NCBI RefSeq assembly: GCF_006345805.1
Contig: NC_043000.1
Location: forward strand, 157,480,001-157,544,000
From: Octopus sinensis
Lineage: Eukaryota
Direction of reading: 5' to 3'
Length of the DNA stretch: 64,000 nucleotides
Numbering within the stretch: position 1 is the stretch's first letter; every line of letters starts with the position of its first letter. This document shows, piece after piece, positions 63,551 through 64,000 of this stretch. The notes beneath the pieces were generated by a model. The model was not told where the DNA came from. It was given only the letters and a program-made list of their open reading frames with translations, and searched no databases. The translations under genes and the position numbers were made by a program.

Positions 63551-63605
63551 ACATCATCATCATCATCATCGTCATCATCATCTTCGTCGTCATCATCATC
63601 ATCTT
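63163..63605. repeat. (CAT)n trinucleotide array, about 440 bp
   Basis: Direct reading. Source of the poly-D and poly-M ORFs. Confidence 0.97.
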
Positions 63606-64000
63606 GTCGTCGTAGTCGTTTAATCAGTTGGTCCACAATCAGTTGGTCAATCGAAATTCTAAGGTCTGATTCAGAATTCACCCTCTAACTACTTTAATGT
63701 GTCCAGTAACCGATGGAAATCCACTAAGTATCCAAAGCCCTCACCCACAAGATTTATGTGTAAAATCATATTGATTCTTGAGAAAAATCTTCATAATGAG
63801 TTATAACAATACGTTTTGCTATTGCTTTACAAATTTTCTCTATCACATTCATTGAAGTTTATCAATAATACACCTCTAACACGACGTTCTTACTGAATCT
63901 GTACCTAGATTTAAAAGTGCTATAAATTAATGTCCTTGAGATAATCAACAATGTGTTCAATATTATCGAATTTTCGAAATATGACAGTCATATATGTCGT

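Noticed and set aside
62887-63681. 264-aa poly-D/poly-M ORF
   Set aside because: Translation of the (CAT)n array. The same applies to 14611-14890 and 37781-38247.

Overview
AT-rich, microsatellite-saturated animal genomic DNA. The SINE families and repeat landscape suggest an octopod cephalopod (inference). There are no prokaryotic features or CRISPR arrays, and almost all ORF-track entries are translations of simple repeats. The window looks like mostly intron of one unidentified minus-strand gene, with phase-compatible candidate exons near 47.2, 38.7, 28.2, 27.9, 27.6 and 16.1 kb. It also holds three tRNA-derived SINE families, CR1/L2-type LINE 3' ends, several decayed Penelope-like (RT/GIY-YIG) fragments, Tc1/mariner relics and a MITE. 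The standout locus is 47.6-50.4 kb. Two adjacent fold-back (inverted-repeat) elements each carry a type I hammerhead ribozyme fold in both arms. One arm of the larger element is interrupted by a 1,695-bp retroelement with a 19-bp target-site duplication. This insert encodes only an L1/Tx1-type ORF1 (RRM-like region plus CCHC knuckle) and has no reverse transcriptase. All folds and alignments were done by eye; no database search was run.
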